Assembly (NCBI GenBank): GCA_965612865.1
Contig: CBFDTJ010000025.1
Span: 1-18,399, forward strand
Reading direction: 5' to 3'
Length of the DNA: 18,399 nucleotides
DNA from: an uncultured bacterium
GTDB taxonomy: Bacteria; Caldisericota; Caldisericia; B22-G15
In this document: positions 1 through 8,138 of the stretch, one piece after another
Numbering within the stretch: position 1 is the stretch's first letter
How the letters are laid out: every line of letters starts with the position of its first letter
Made by a program: the position numbers and the translations under genes
Notes under the pieces: generated by a model
Told to the model about the DNA's origin: nothing
What the model saw: the letters and a program-made list of their open reading frames with translations, nothing else
The model's database searches: none

Positions 1-34
1 GTCTCGTGGGCTCGGAGATGTGTATAAGAGACAG
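1..34 (+). other. Illumina Nextera read-2 adapter with Tn5 mosaic end (library artefact)
   Basis: Exact match to GTCTCGTGGGCTCGG-AGATGTGTATAAGAGACAG at the very start of the window. Confidence 0.99.
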
Positions 35-36
35 CT

Positions 37-165
37 AAATGGGGTGCATTAAAATGGTTAATTAATCGAGATTACTCAAACGAGGAAATAAATTTGTTCT
101 TTAAAATACTGAAAGAAATTATTCTTAAAATAAAGAAAGCAGGGATTAGGAACTCCGAAGTCTGA
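37..165 (+). CDS. 3' fragment of an unknown protein, truncated by the contig end
   Basis: Open frame KWGALKWLINRDYSNEEINLFFKILKEIILKIKKAGIRNSEV* with TGA at 163-165. It converges on the guaA stop with a 7-nt gap. No family recognised. Confidence 0.5.
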   Translation, partial: KWGALKWLINRDYSNEEINLFFKILKEIILKIKKAGIRNSEV

Positions 166-172
166 TTAAATC

Positions 173-1705
173 TTATTCCCACTCGATGGTTGAAGGGGGT
201 TTGGAGCTTAGGTCATAAACTACTCTGTTTACTCCTTCTACCTCATTTATAATTCTTGATGCAACTTTCTTTAAGAAAGAGAGAGGAAGGTTGGAAGAGT
301 CTGCAGTCATTCCGTCCCTACTCTCCACAGCTCTTAACACGACAGTGTATTCATAAGTTCTCCTGTCTCCCATAACTCCAACAGTTTTGACAGGTAAGAG
401 AACACAGAATGCTTGCCATACTTTATGATAAAAACCTTCCCTTTTTAACTCCTGGATAAAGATGTAATCAGCTTCTCTTAATATTTTAAGCTTTTCCTCT
501 GTTATCTCTCCTATGATTCTTATGGAGAGTCCTGGGCCAGGGAAGGGATGCCTCATAAGTATTTCATCAGGCACTCCAAGTTTTCTTGCTAAAACTCTAA
601 CCTCGTCTTTAAAAAGGTCTCTTAAGGGTTCAATTATTTTAAAACCTATATCTTTAGGAATTCCTCCCACATTGTGATGTGTTTTTATTGTTTTTGATGG
701 TCCTTTTGATACCCCTGATTCAATTACATCTGGATACAATGTTCCCTGGGCAAGGTATTTAACTTTATATTTCTTTCCTATTTCCTCAAATACTCTTATA
801 AACTCTTCTCCTATAATTTTCCTCTTCTCCTCTGGATCAACAATCCCTTTTAATCTATTTAAAAATCTTTCTTTTGCATCCACAGAAATTAAATCAATGT
901 TTAATTTTTCCTTGAAAAACTTTATTATTTCTTCCTTTTCATTTTTTCTTAATAGCCCTGTGTCAACAAAGACTGGAATCAAATTTTTTCCTATACCTTT
1001 CTTTAAAAGTATTGCAACTACTGTAGAGTCAACACCTCCGCTGACACCAACAATAACCTTCTCATTCCCGACAATTTTCTTTATCTCTTCTATTTTTTCT
1101 TCAATGATATCTTTTTCTACCCAGCCTCTTTTACATTTACAGATGTTAAGAAAGTTATCAAGAATTTTCTCTCCATACTCTGTATGGTTTACTTCAGGAT
1201 GAAACTGAAGTCCAAATAAGTTATCTTTCTCAATGGATGCTATTATGTTATTTTCACTGACAGATGTTGTATGAAACCCATCTGGTGGAATTTCAACTGA
1301 ATCTCCATGACTCATCCAGACAGTTATTTTCTCTGGTATACCTTTGAATAACTTTGATTCCTTTAAAAATATTTTGTTTCTTCCATACTCTCTGTTTTTA
1401 CTTCTCTTTATTCTTCCTCCAAAAAGAAAAGCTATAAGTTGAAGTCCATAGCATATTCCAAGCACAGGAATATTTAAGCTAAATATAGCCCTGTCTATTT
1501 TTGGTGAGTCCGGTTCATACACGCTTTCAGGTCCACCTGAAAGTATTATTCCTTTAGGAGAAAGGGACAAAATTTCTTCCATGGATATATCTGGTGGGAC
1601 AATTATTGAGTGAACTTTTAATTCTCTCAATCTTCTCTTAATAAGATGGGTGTATTGAGAGCCAAAGTCTATTATCAGGATAGTATCTTTATAATTCTTT
1701 AACAT
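173..1705 (-). CDS. guaA: GMP synthase (glutamine-hydrolysing)
   Basis: GATase motifs DFGSQY, SGGP, GICYGLQ and QFHPEV; ATP-PPase motif SGGVDS; IKTHHNVGG; HPFPGPGL; C-terminal KPPSTIEWE. Confidence 0.98.
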   Translation of the reverse strand: MLKNYKDTILIIDFGSQYTHLIKRRLRELKVHSIIVPPDISMEEILSLSPKGIILSGGPESVYEPDSPKIDRAIFSLNIPVLGICYGLQLIAFLFGGRIKRSKNREYGRNKIFLKESKLFKGIPEKITVWMSHGDSVEIPPDGFHTTSVSENNIIASIEKDNLFGLQFHPEVNHTEYGEKILDNFLNICKCKRGWVEKDIIEEKIEEIKKIVGNEKVIVGVSGGVDSTVVAILLKKGIGKNLIPVFVDTGLLRKNEKEEIIKFFKEKLNIDLISVDAKERFLNRLKGIVDPEEKRKIIGEEFIRVFEEIGKKYKVKYLAQGTLYPDVIESGVSKGPSKTIKTHHNVGGIPKDIGFKIIEPLRDLFKDEVRVLARKLGVPDEILMRHPFPGPGLSIRIIGEITEEKLKILREADYIFIQELKREGFYHKVWQAFCVLLPVKTVGVMGDRRTYEYTVVLRAVESRDGMTADSSNLPLSFLKKVASRIINEVEGVNRVVYDLSSKPPSTIEWE

Positions 1706-2771
1706 CGTGTACTTTACCTTCTGTAAGACCCATATTTGTTATTCGATAGAATTTTGCCTTTTTCTTTAATTCCTCTATTGTTTTTGCTCCCACATATCCC
1801 ATGCCCGATCTAAGACCCGATACCAGTTCAAATAGAACATCTTTGACTTTACCTCTGTATGGAGCTAAAGATTCCACCCCTTCAGGGACCATCTTTACTC
1901 TTCCGTCTTCACCATATCTGTCGGCACTTCCCTTTTTCATGGCAGGTAATGAACCCATGCCTCTATAATATTTGTATTTCTTCCCCTCTCTTTCTATCAG
2001 CTCAGTAGGGCTTTCATCACATCCAGCAAGAAGACTTCCAATCATGACAGAATCAGCGCCTCCACCTATTGCTTTTACTATATCTCCAGAACTTCTTATT
2101 CCTCCATCTGAAATAACCGGCACATTATACTCCTTTGCCACTTCATACACATTAACAATTGCAGTAAATTGGGGAACCCCGACTCCTGTAACAATTCTTG
2201 TTGTGCATATGGAACCAACACCTATACCTACCTTTATTGCATCGCTTCCAGCTTCAAGAAGTGTCATCGCTCCATCTCCTGTAACCACATTTCCAGAAAT
2301 GATAGGGGTATCTGGAAACTTATCCTTTACTCTTTTTAGAAAATCAATAACTCTTTTTGAATGGCCATGGGAAGTATCAATTACTATGAAATCTACATGA
2401 GAATCAATTAGTTTTTTAACTCTTTCAAAAGATTCTTCCCCTACGCCAACTGCTGCTCCAACAAGAAGCCCACCATCCTTTCCTTTTGAACTTTTAGAAT
2501 CAGGTTCTACCTCTTTTACTTTTCCTACCTCCCTTACTTGATCTTTAATATCCATGTTTCTGTGTATTACTCCCACACCTCCATTTTTTGCCATCTCTAT
2601 AGCCATAAGGGATTCAGTGACAGTATCCATTGGAGAAGAGATTATAGGTATTTTTATTGTTATGTTTTTTGTTAACTTTGTTTCTGTGTTTGTCTCCTTA
2701 GGAAGAACATCTGAATAGTTTGGTATTAATAAAACATCATCAAAAGATAAAGCAAGAGGAATCTCCTTCAT
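1689..2771 (-). CDS. guaB: IMP dehydrogenase, short form without CBS domains
   Basis: LSFDDVLL, SPMDTVTE, IHRNM, catalytic loop GSICTTR, DGGI, YRGMGS and PEGVE. ATG at 2771 follows GAGGTG; the ORF-track GTG at 2777 lies inside this RBS. Overlaps guaA by 17 nt. Confidence 0.96.
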   Translation of the reverse strand: MKEIPLALSFDDVLLIPNYSDVLPKETNTETKLTKNITIKIPIISSPMDTVTESLMAIEMAKNGGVGVIHRNMDIKDQVREVGKVKEVEPDSKSSKGKDGGLLVGAAVGVGEESFERVKKLIDSHVDFIVIDTSHGHSKRVIDFLKRVKDKFPDTPIISGNVVTGDGAMTLLEAGSDAIKVGIGVGSICTTRIVTGVGVPQFTAIVNVYEVAKEYNVPVISDGGIRSSGDIVKAIGGGADSVMIGSLLAGCDESPTELIEREGKKYKYYRGMGSLPAMKKGSADRYGEDGRVKMVPEGVESLAPYRGKVKDVLFELVSGLRSGMGYVGAKTIEELKKKAKFYRITNMGLTEGKVHDVKEL

Positions 2772-2798
2772 ACTCACCTCAAATCCAAGTTTTAATTA

Positions 2799-2827
2799 AA
2801 TTTATATTGAATTTAGCCTTGTGTCAA
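2799..2827 (-). promoter_or_regulatory. Putative sigma70-type promoter for guaBA
   Basis: Minus strand reads TTGACA (2827-2822), a 17-nt spacer, then TAAATT (2804-2799), just upstream of the guaB RBS. Confidence 0.6.
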
Positions 2828-2834
2828 GGGAAGA

Positions 2835-2871
2835 TAATAAAATAAAAATGGCTGGCATTTGCCAGCCATTT
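2835..2871 (-). terminator. Intrinsic terminator of the cohesin/SLH operon
   Basis: Perfect 11-bp inverted repeat AAATGGCTGGC (2846-2856), loop ATTT, GCCAGCCATTT (2861-2871). On the minus strand it runs into a T-rich tract and starts 21 nt after the SLH gene stop. Confidence 0.85.
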
Positions 2872-2892
2872 GAAAGAAATATACTTAAAAAC

Positions 2893-3915
2893 CTAGAATC
2901 CTCCAAGCATCCTTGCGACAAACACACAGAGTTCAGCTCTTGTTGCAGGAGTTTCAGGGTAAAATCTTGAATTTATAACTATTGGATAGTCTGGTTTCCT
3001 GATAATATTATTCTGGAATGCAGTTTCTATAAAGGGATAGTACCATTCATTGGCAGGAACATCAAAGAATGAGGGGGTCTTCGGTTTGATAATAGGCCAT
3101 TTCTTCGCATTCACAATAACAGTTATAGCTTCCGCTTTTAATACATTTCTGTTGGGTTTAAATGTTCCATCTGGATATCCTTTTACAAGTCCCTCTTTTA
3201 CACTTCTTTCAATAAAGCCATAAGCCCAGTGAGATTTCGGAACATCAGGAAAAGTTGGTTTCTCAGGAAAATATGCTTCTAAATTAAGACTTTTTACCAT
3301 TATTGTAACAAACTCTGCTCTTGTAACGTTATTATCAGGTCTGATAGTTTTATCGGGATAACCTTTTATTATCCCAAGATCAATAAGATATTCAATTTCT
3401 TCTTGAGCCCAATGATTCTCTATATCCTTAAACTCATATTCCTTTTTTACCACTATACTTCCATCTATTCCATGAGCTTCAATACTCTGATTCTGAGAAT
3501 CTCTTAGATCTATCAGAACAAATTTTAGATAACTTTCACCTTTCTTTTTTCCCTCAAAAGTAATATAGCAGAGATTCCCCTTTTCTTCTTTTACTGGATC
3601 CCCTAATCTTGCTATGGAGATATCTATTAAACCTTTCTCAGTAGAAAATTTAAAGAAAGTAGAAACATCACCTTCTTTTAAAAACTCGCCCTCTTCTACA
3701 CTCTTAACAGAAAGAATCTCCTCATTGTATCCAATCTTTATATGGACTCCAAGTAAATTAGGTGATAAATTTTCAATTGACAGTGTAATCTTTACAGATT
3801 CTTTTTCTTTTATCTCAGATTTTTCAGGTGTAATTTTTAAAGTTGTTCCTTCAGAGGAGAAGGACAGAGATAGCGGTATTATGAAAAGCAGTAAAAGTAG
3901 AATTATTTTTCTCAT
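2893..3915 (-). CDS. Secreted cohesin-like domain plus S-layer homology (SLH) anchor protein
   Basis: Signal peptide MRKIILLLLLFIIPLSLSFS; cohesin-like segment (GVHIKIGYNEEILSVKSVEEGEFL...GNLCYITF...IDLRD); three SLH repeats (FKDIENHWA..IIKGYPD..TRAEF; FPDVPKSHWA..VKGYPDGTFKPN; FFDVPANEWY..TRAEL). Confidence 0.85.
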   Translation of the reverse strand: MRKIILLLLLFIIPLSLSFSSEGTTLKITPEKSEIKEKESVKITLSIENLSPNLLGVHIKIGYNEEILSVKSVEEGEFLKEGDVSTFFKFSTEKGLIDISIARLGDPVKEEKGNLCYITFEGKKKGESYLKFVLIDLRDSQNQSIEAHGIDGSIVVKKEYEFKDIENHWAQEEIEYLIDLGIIKGYPDKTIRPDNNVTRAEFVTIMVKSLNLEAYFPEKPTFPDVPKSHWAYGFIERSVKEGLVKGYPDGTFKPNRNVLKAEAITVIVNAKKWPIIKPKTPSFFDVPANEWYYPFIETAFQNNIIRKPDYPIVINSRFYPETPATRAELCVFVARMLGGF

Positions 3916-3916
3916 C

Positions 3917-6900
3917 TTATCCTCCCTCTGGTTTGTAGAAATTCCAGTTAATAATAAAGACCATTAGATCGTTAAAATCAACTGCTCCATCTGGTTTCTT
4001 CTGTGTTACTGGTGCTAATCCTGTAGGTGAAGAATCCCATATATCACATCTATTGAAAGGAGATCCGGGGATATTTGATTCCTTTTTATCCCAGCCTTTA
4101 TCTCCTTTCTTATGTCCAAAGGCAAGTGAAAAGATAACCAGATCCTCAAAATCTATCTTTCCGTCTTCATTAAAATCCCCAACAAGTTTGACTTTTTCCA
4201 CAAATTTTACAGTTTCGTTCTCTGTATAATGAGCTATTGGATCTCCAGAGGTGTCTCTAAGATCTGAATATCCAAGTGGTAATTTAACCTCAGTTGTAGT
4301 GGAGATTGAAGCTGAGGGGGTTACACTAAAGTAAATTACTGCAAGTGTTCCAAAACCACTTGCCCCTGTACCACCAAGCCTTGATGTATTGATAACTACT
4401 TTCCCGGTGAAGTTATCAATGGTATATAAGAATACAGTGGAAGCTCCACCCTGTTTCAAGAATCCTCCCTCTATGACCTTTGAGACTTTTATAAGCTTTG
4501 GATCAAATTCCACATAAAATTTTGCTGCCATAAGGTTTGTTATTGGTTCACCAGGTTTACCAATTTCCACAGCTTTTTTGAAAGTATATCCTTCCTTAAC
4601 TTCGACCTCTTCGTATGGAGGATTAAGCCATAAAGGCACTGATTTCTCTACACACCTACACTTAAAATTAACAGTGACGTGAGTTCCAGCTGTTACTGTA
4701 ACCTTCTTTGATTCTGTCTCGCATTTCAACTTCACATATACTTCATAATCACCAGGTATAAGCGTTAAGCAAGTGGAGTATTTACCATTTTCATCTGTTT
4801 TACCATACCAAGCGATTTCTTTACTTGGTAATGGACCCAGTACAACTACTGTAGCGTTCTTACATCCATTTCCTGTGTCAGAATCAATAACAGAGCCTTC
4901 TATTCCTCCCTTCTCTTTACAACAATTACATTCAAATGTTATTTCTTTCTTTTCACAAGCTTTAACCACAACATCTCTAACTTCAGGTGAAATTTTGCAT
5001 GAATCTCTGGGTGATTTAGCAACTACCTTATAGTTTCCTGGTTCAAGGCTCTTACATGTATCAAACTCTCCATTATCGTCAGTTAATCCTTCCCAAACGA
5101 GATTTCCACTTGAGTCAAATATAAGTATTTTTACATCTTTACATCCTACGAATGTAGAGGAATCTTTATAACACACAACTTTTCCTTTAATTCCTCCCTT
5201 TTTACACTCTTCGCACTCACAATCAAATTCAATTCTTGTTTTTTCGCATGGTTTAACTGCTACCCATTGATATTCAGGAATATATTTACAGTTTTCTTTA
5301 AAGGGAACCACCTTATACTTTCCAGGATTTAGATTTTTACATGTATCAAAAACTCCTTCTTGATTCGGTTTTCTGCTCCAGCTACCTGTTACTTCAACTC
5401 CTTTCTCGTCGTAAATTTTAACTTCATCTGGAATGCACTCTTTTTTAAAGATTGCGATGATGCCACCAAGTTGACACTCTCTGCAACAGTCACATTTAAA
5501 TTTGATATATGTTTTGTGACAGGCTTCAATTTCAATTTTCTGTTCACTTGGCGTGAAATTACATTTTTCTGATACAGGTCTTACTGTATAAGTTCCAGGA
5601 AGGATATTATAACATGTATCAAAGACACCCTCGTCATTGGTTTTTGTCTCCCATACAATTTCACCGCTCTCATCGTAAATTAATACAGATACATTTTTGC
5701 AGGGACCATAATCACATCCTATGTATCCTGTTACTCCGCCAAAACAGCTACAGACAAAATAGACCTCTGATTTTTTACCAGAACTTACCATAACTGTTTT
5801 AAGGTCTGGACTGCAGTTTATTCCTGGTTTAACTTTATATATTCCAGGTACAAGGGTATAACATGTATCAAAAACTCCATTTTCATCTGTCTTACCGGTT
5901 ATTACAATAGAGGTGGAAGGTAGAGGCCCGCTTATAGTTATTGGTATGTTTGGACATGGTTTTGTTTTATTTTCTTCATCATGAGAGTCATATATTTTAA
6001 CTATTATTCCACCTGGATTCTTCTTTTCAATCTCCACCATATAATCCTCAACTTCACCGTCTGTTGCAAGACCTGTGGGAGAAAGTCCACCAGTAGTACT
6101 GAATCTAAATCGAGCAAAAGTTTTACCAGCTTTTGCAGATGAAGGAACATTGAAGTTTAAGTTATTTACTCCAGCGGATACCGGAGTACTTATAAATATT
6201 TGCTCATTGGTATCAAGCCAATCACCGTCAATATTGAAGTCTATCCAGGCATCAATGAATCCTCTTGCTGAAGCGATTATTTTTACTCCAGCTACTCCAC
6301 CAGGTATAAGTGAAGTTGTAAAGGTAACTCCGTCTTCATCATTATTTCCGTCAAGCACATCATCTCCAGTTGCATTTGCATTTGGTTGCCCATCATTTTC
6401 AGAATCTATTTTTGTTCCTAAAAGGATGTTTGGAGTTATGATATGCCTTGCTCCGTTATTTTTAAGAAGTGTAGGATATGAGGGATCAGGTGCGTCGCCA
6501 AAGTCCATTGTTTCTGTTACCCCTTGTCCTATCAGTAGAAGATAATCTTCAGTTTCTCCATCCTCAAAAGCTCCGCTACCGTTCCAATCCACAGGTACAG
6601 GCCTTTCGCTGATGGTAAACCTTGCCCATACATATCCTGGTGTAGGACCAATGCTAAATGGCGGAGGATTTAGACCTGATAGAAATCCTGAATATCCCTT
6701 TGGAATTCTGAAGTTTACTAAGACATGCTCAGGGATTGGAGAAATCTGTCCAGGGCATGCTGAATGACCACCCCAGGATCCGTTTTGATTCCAGTCCATA
6801 AGGACATTCACATATCCATCAACAGGCATATTGTTTTTGACAATAATATCAATGTCTTTGCCCCACACAGCGGTTTGGCACACTTTTCCAAGAGGAGTTC

Positions 6901-7579
6901 CATTGGAATTAGGACATGGAACAACCTGTCCACCAATTATTGTGAAGGGCTCAGGATACAAAAGTCCACTATCCCCATCCTTAAAACACTCATCATTATC
7001 GTATGGAGCGAAAATTGGACACAGCCCTCCATTTCCATCATTTTCGCTGTCCCATCCATGTCCAAAACGAGCCCATCCAAGTCCATGTTGTATCCATTTG
7101 CCGGGACCAACTCCCTTACATGTTGGAAAATTACCTATAACCCCTTTAGAAGGATAGGCTAATACACCTTCAGGTGCATCTCCAAAGTCCAATCCTTCCT
7201 CTGGTATTTCCTCACACTCACATGATTCAAAATGAATTTCTACTTTACTCTCTGCCACCACATCAACATCAATATACGGCGGATAGAATGTGCATCCTGT
7301 CTTCGAAGCTGTAACTCTGTATCTTCCAGGTTGTAGAGTATAGCATGTATCATATTTTCCAGAAGCATCTGTTTGACCCTGAGCTATTAAGGCGGTGCCT
7401 GTCTGTATCATAATTGTAGCAGGGGAACAGTTGGGAGGAACATATACAATGATACCCCCCTGGTTTGCTAAGCTGGATGTACTGTAGGTTTTATTATGTC
7501 CAAGCAGGGATATAGATAGGAGAAGTATTAATAGAATAACCAATAACAGTTTAGCTCTCAATCTTGAGATAAAATACAT
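3917..7579 (-). CDS. Large secreted multidomain surface protein: Cys-rich beta-sandwich repeats, two GEVED domains, cohesin-like and dockerin-like modules
   Basis: N-terminal hydrophobic signal; RBS GGAGGTG at 7593-7587; two DFGDAP...GE(T/V)EDY units; six GG...G.TD..G.FDTC..L.PG.Y.V repeats; cohesin-like (FYVEFDPKLIKVSKVIEGGFL...GTLAVIYF); dockerin/EF-hand-like GDFNEDGKIDFEDL and DGAVDFNDL. Confidence 0.85.
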   Translation of the reverse strand: MYFISRLRAKLLLVILLILLLSISLLGHNKTYSTSSLANQGGIIVYVPPNCSPATIMIQTGTALIAQGQTDASGKYDTCYTLQPGRYRVTASKTGCTFYPPYIDVDVVAESKVEIHFESCECEEIPEEGLDFGDAPEGVLAYPSKGVIGNFPTCKGVGPGKWIQHGLGWARFGHGWDSENDGNGGLCPIFAPYDNDECFKDGDSGLLYPEPFTIIGGQVVPCPNSNGTPLGKVCQTAVWGKDIDIIVKNNMPVDGYVNVLMDWNQNGSWGGHSACPGQISPIPEHVLVNFRIPKGYSGFLSGLNPPPFSIGPTPGYVWARFTISERPVPVDWNGSGAFEDGETEDYLLLIGQGVTETMDFGDAPDPSYPTLLKNNGARHIITPNILLGTKIDSENDGQPNANATGDDVLDGNNDEDGVTFTTSLIPGGVAGVKIIASARGFIDAWIDFNIDGDWLDTNEQIFISTPVSAGVNNLNFNVPSSAKAGKTFARFRFSTTGGLSPTGLATDGEVEDYMVEIEKKNPGGIIVKIYDSHDEENKTKPCPNIPITISGPLPSTSIVITGKTDENGVFDTCYTLVPGIYKVKPGINCSPDLKTVMVSSGKKSEVYFVCSCFGGVTGYIGCDYGPCKNVSVLIYDESGEIVWETKTNDEGVFDTCYNILPGTYTVRPVSEKCNFTPSEQKIEIEACHKTYIKFKCDCCRECQLGGIIAIFKKECIPDEVKIYDEKGVEVTGSWSRKPNQEGVFDTCKNLNPGKYKVVPFKENCKYIPEYQWVAVKPCEKTRIEFDCECEECKKGGIKGKVVCYKDSSTFVGCKDVKILIFDSSGNLVWEGLTDDNGEFDTCKSLEPGNYKVVAKSPRDSCKISPEVRDVVVKACEKKEITFECNCCKEKGGIEGSVIDSDTGNGCKNATVVVLGPLPSKEIAWYGKTDENGKYSTCLTLIPGDYEVYVKLKCETESKKVTVTAGTHVTVNFKCRCVEKSVPLWLNPPYEEVEVKEGYTFKKAVEIGKPGEPITNLMAAKFYVEFDPKLIKVSKVIEGGFLKQGGASTVFLYTIDNFTGKVVINTSRLGGTGASGFGTLAVIYFSVTPSASISTTTEVKLPLGYSDLRDTSGDPIAHYTENETVKFVEKVKLVGDFNEDGKIDFEDLVIFSLAFGHKKGDKGWDKKESNIPGSPFNRCDIWDSSPTGLAPVTQKKPDGAVDFNDLMVFIINWNFYKPEGG
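4652..6013 (-). repeat. Five tandem ~85-95 aa Cys-rich repeats; a sixth copy lies at ~7215-7460
   Basis: Protein-level repeat ending in F.C.C. The identical 12-mer ACATGTATCAAA (FDTC on the minus strand) occurs at 5054, 5339, 5612 and 5861. Confidence 0.85.
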
Positions 7580-7606
7580 TTTCCCTCACCTCCATTTGCC
7601 ACCTTC

Positions 7607-7642
7607 ATTATATCATGGAAGATTATAAATTTTTGTTATAAT
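7607..7642. promoter_or_regulatory. Closely spaced extended -10 promoters for the divergent genes
   Basis: Minus-strand TGaTATAAT (7615-7607) points to the surface operon; plus-strand TGtTATAAT (7634-7642) points to tRNA-Gln. Confidence 0.5.
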
Positions 7643-7654
7643 ATAAATAGTGGT

Positions 7655-7728
7655 TGGGGAGTCGTCTAACGGTAGGACAGCGGACTCTGGATCCGTAAGT
7701 CGGGGTTCGAATCCCTGCTCCCCAGCCA
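7655..7728 (+). tRNA. tRNA-Gln (anticodon CTG)
   Basis: Acceptor stem TGGGGAG/CTCCCCA, discriminator G and encoded CCA; D-arm GTC-TAACGGTAG-GAC; anticodon arm GCGGA-CTCTGGA-TCCGT; T-loop GGTTCGAATCC. The U1-A72 pair is typical of bacterial tRNA-Gln. Confidence 0.97.
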
Positions 7729-7754
7729 GTTTTTATTCTAAGAATATTCCCTAT

Positions 7755-7783
7755 TTGAACTAATTCCTTTAATGTGCTATAAT
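7755..7783 (+). promoter_or_regulatory. Sigma70-type promoter for the rpsO operon
   Basis: TTGAAC (7755-7760), a 17-nt spacer ending in TGc, then TATAAT (7778-7783). Confidence 0.8.
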
Positions 7784-7807
7784 TACCTTTGATTAAACTA
7801 ATAAAAA

Positions 7808-7867
7808 AGCCAATGATCCCTGACCTGGAGAAAAATTTACTCTGGGTTAAGGGGTAGGTTAGGAGGT
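7808..7867 (+). promoter_or_regulatory. Structured rpsO leader, candidate S15 autoregulatory element
   Basis: CCCTGACCTGGAG (7818-7830) pairs with CTCTGGGTTAAGGG (7840-7853) via G-U pairs and one bulge, directly upstream of the RBS AGGAGGT (7861-7867). Confidence 0.55.
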
Positions 7868-7871
7868 AAAG

Positions 7872-8138
7872 ATGCTGGAAAAGGAAGAAAAACAGGAAAT
7901 TATTGCAAAGTATCAGATTCACGAAGGTGATACTGGTTCTCCAGAGGTACAGATTGCAATACTTACTGAAAAAATTAAGAGACTTTCAGAACACTTGAAA
8001 GTTCATAAGAAGGACCATTCATCAAGAAGGGGTCTTCTTAAAATGGTTGGTAGAAGAAGGAAACTTTTAAATTATTTAAAAGAGAAGGATTATAATAGGT
8101 ATATTCATTTAATAGAAAGCTTAGGTTTAAGAAAATAA
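7872..8138 (+). CDS. rpsO: 30S ribosomal protein S15
   Basis: [38 protein letters not shown] and C-terminal LGLRK; strong RBS. Confidence 0.99.
   Translation: MLEKEEKQEIIAKYQIHEGDTGSPEVQIAILTEKIKRLSEHLKVHKKDHSSRRGLLKMVGRRRKLLNYLKEKDYNRYIHLIESLGLRK

Noticed and set aside
16..34. Tn5/IS50 mosaic end suggesting a transposon
   Set aside because: It is joined to the Nextera-specific GTCTCGTGGGCTCGG, and there is no transposase or second end.
2772..2845. Purine riboswitch upstream of guaB
   Set aside because: The predicted leader is only about 20-25 nt and AT-rich; the nearby hairpin is better explained as the upstream operon's terminator.
5054..5872. Recurring 12-mer ACATGTATCAAA as a possible CRISPR or regulatory repeat
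   Set aside because: Spacings of 285, 273 and 249 nt are in frame, and the 12-mer encodes the FDTC motif of a protein repeat.
7655..7728. tRNA-Gln as an integration site for an island
   Set aside because: No integrase and no duplicated tRNA 3' end were seen; the rpsO promoter follows directly.
7623..7922. 99-aa minus-strand ORF
   Set aside because: It is antisense to tRNA-Gln, the rpsO promoter and rpsO, so it is a shadow ORF.
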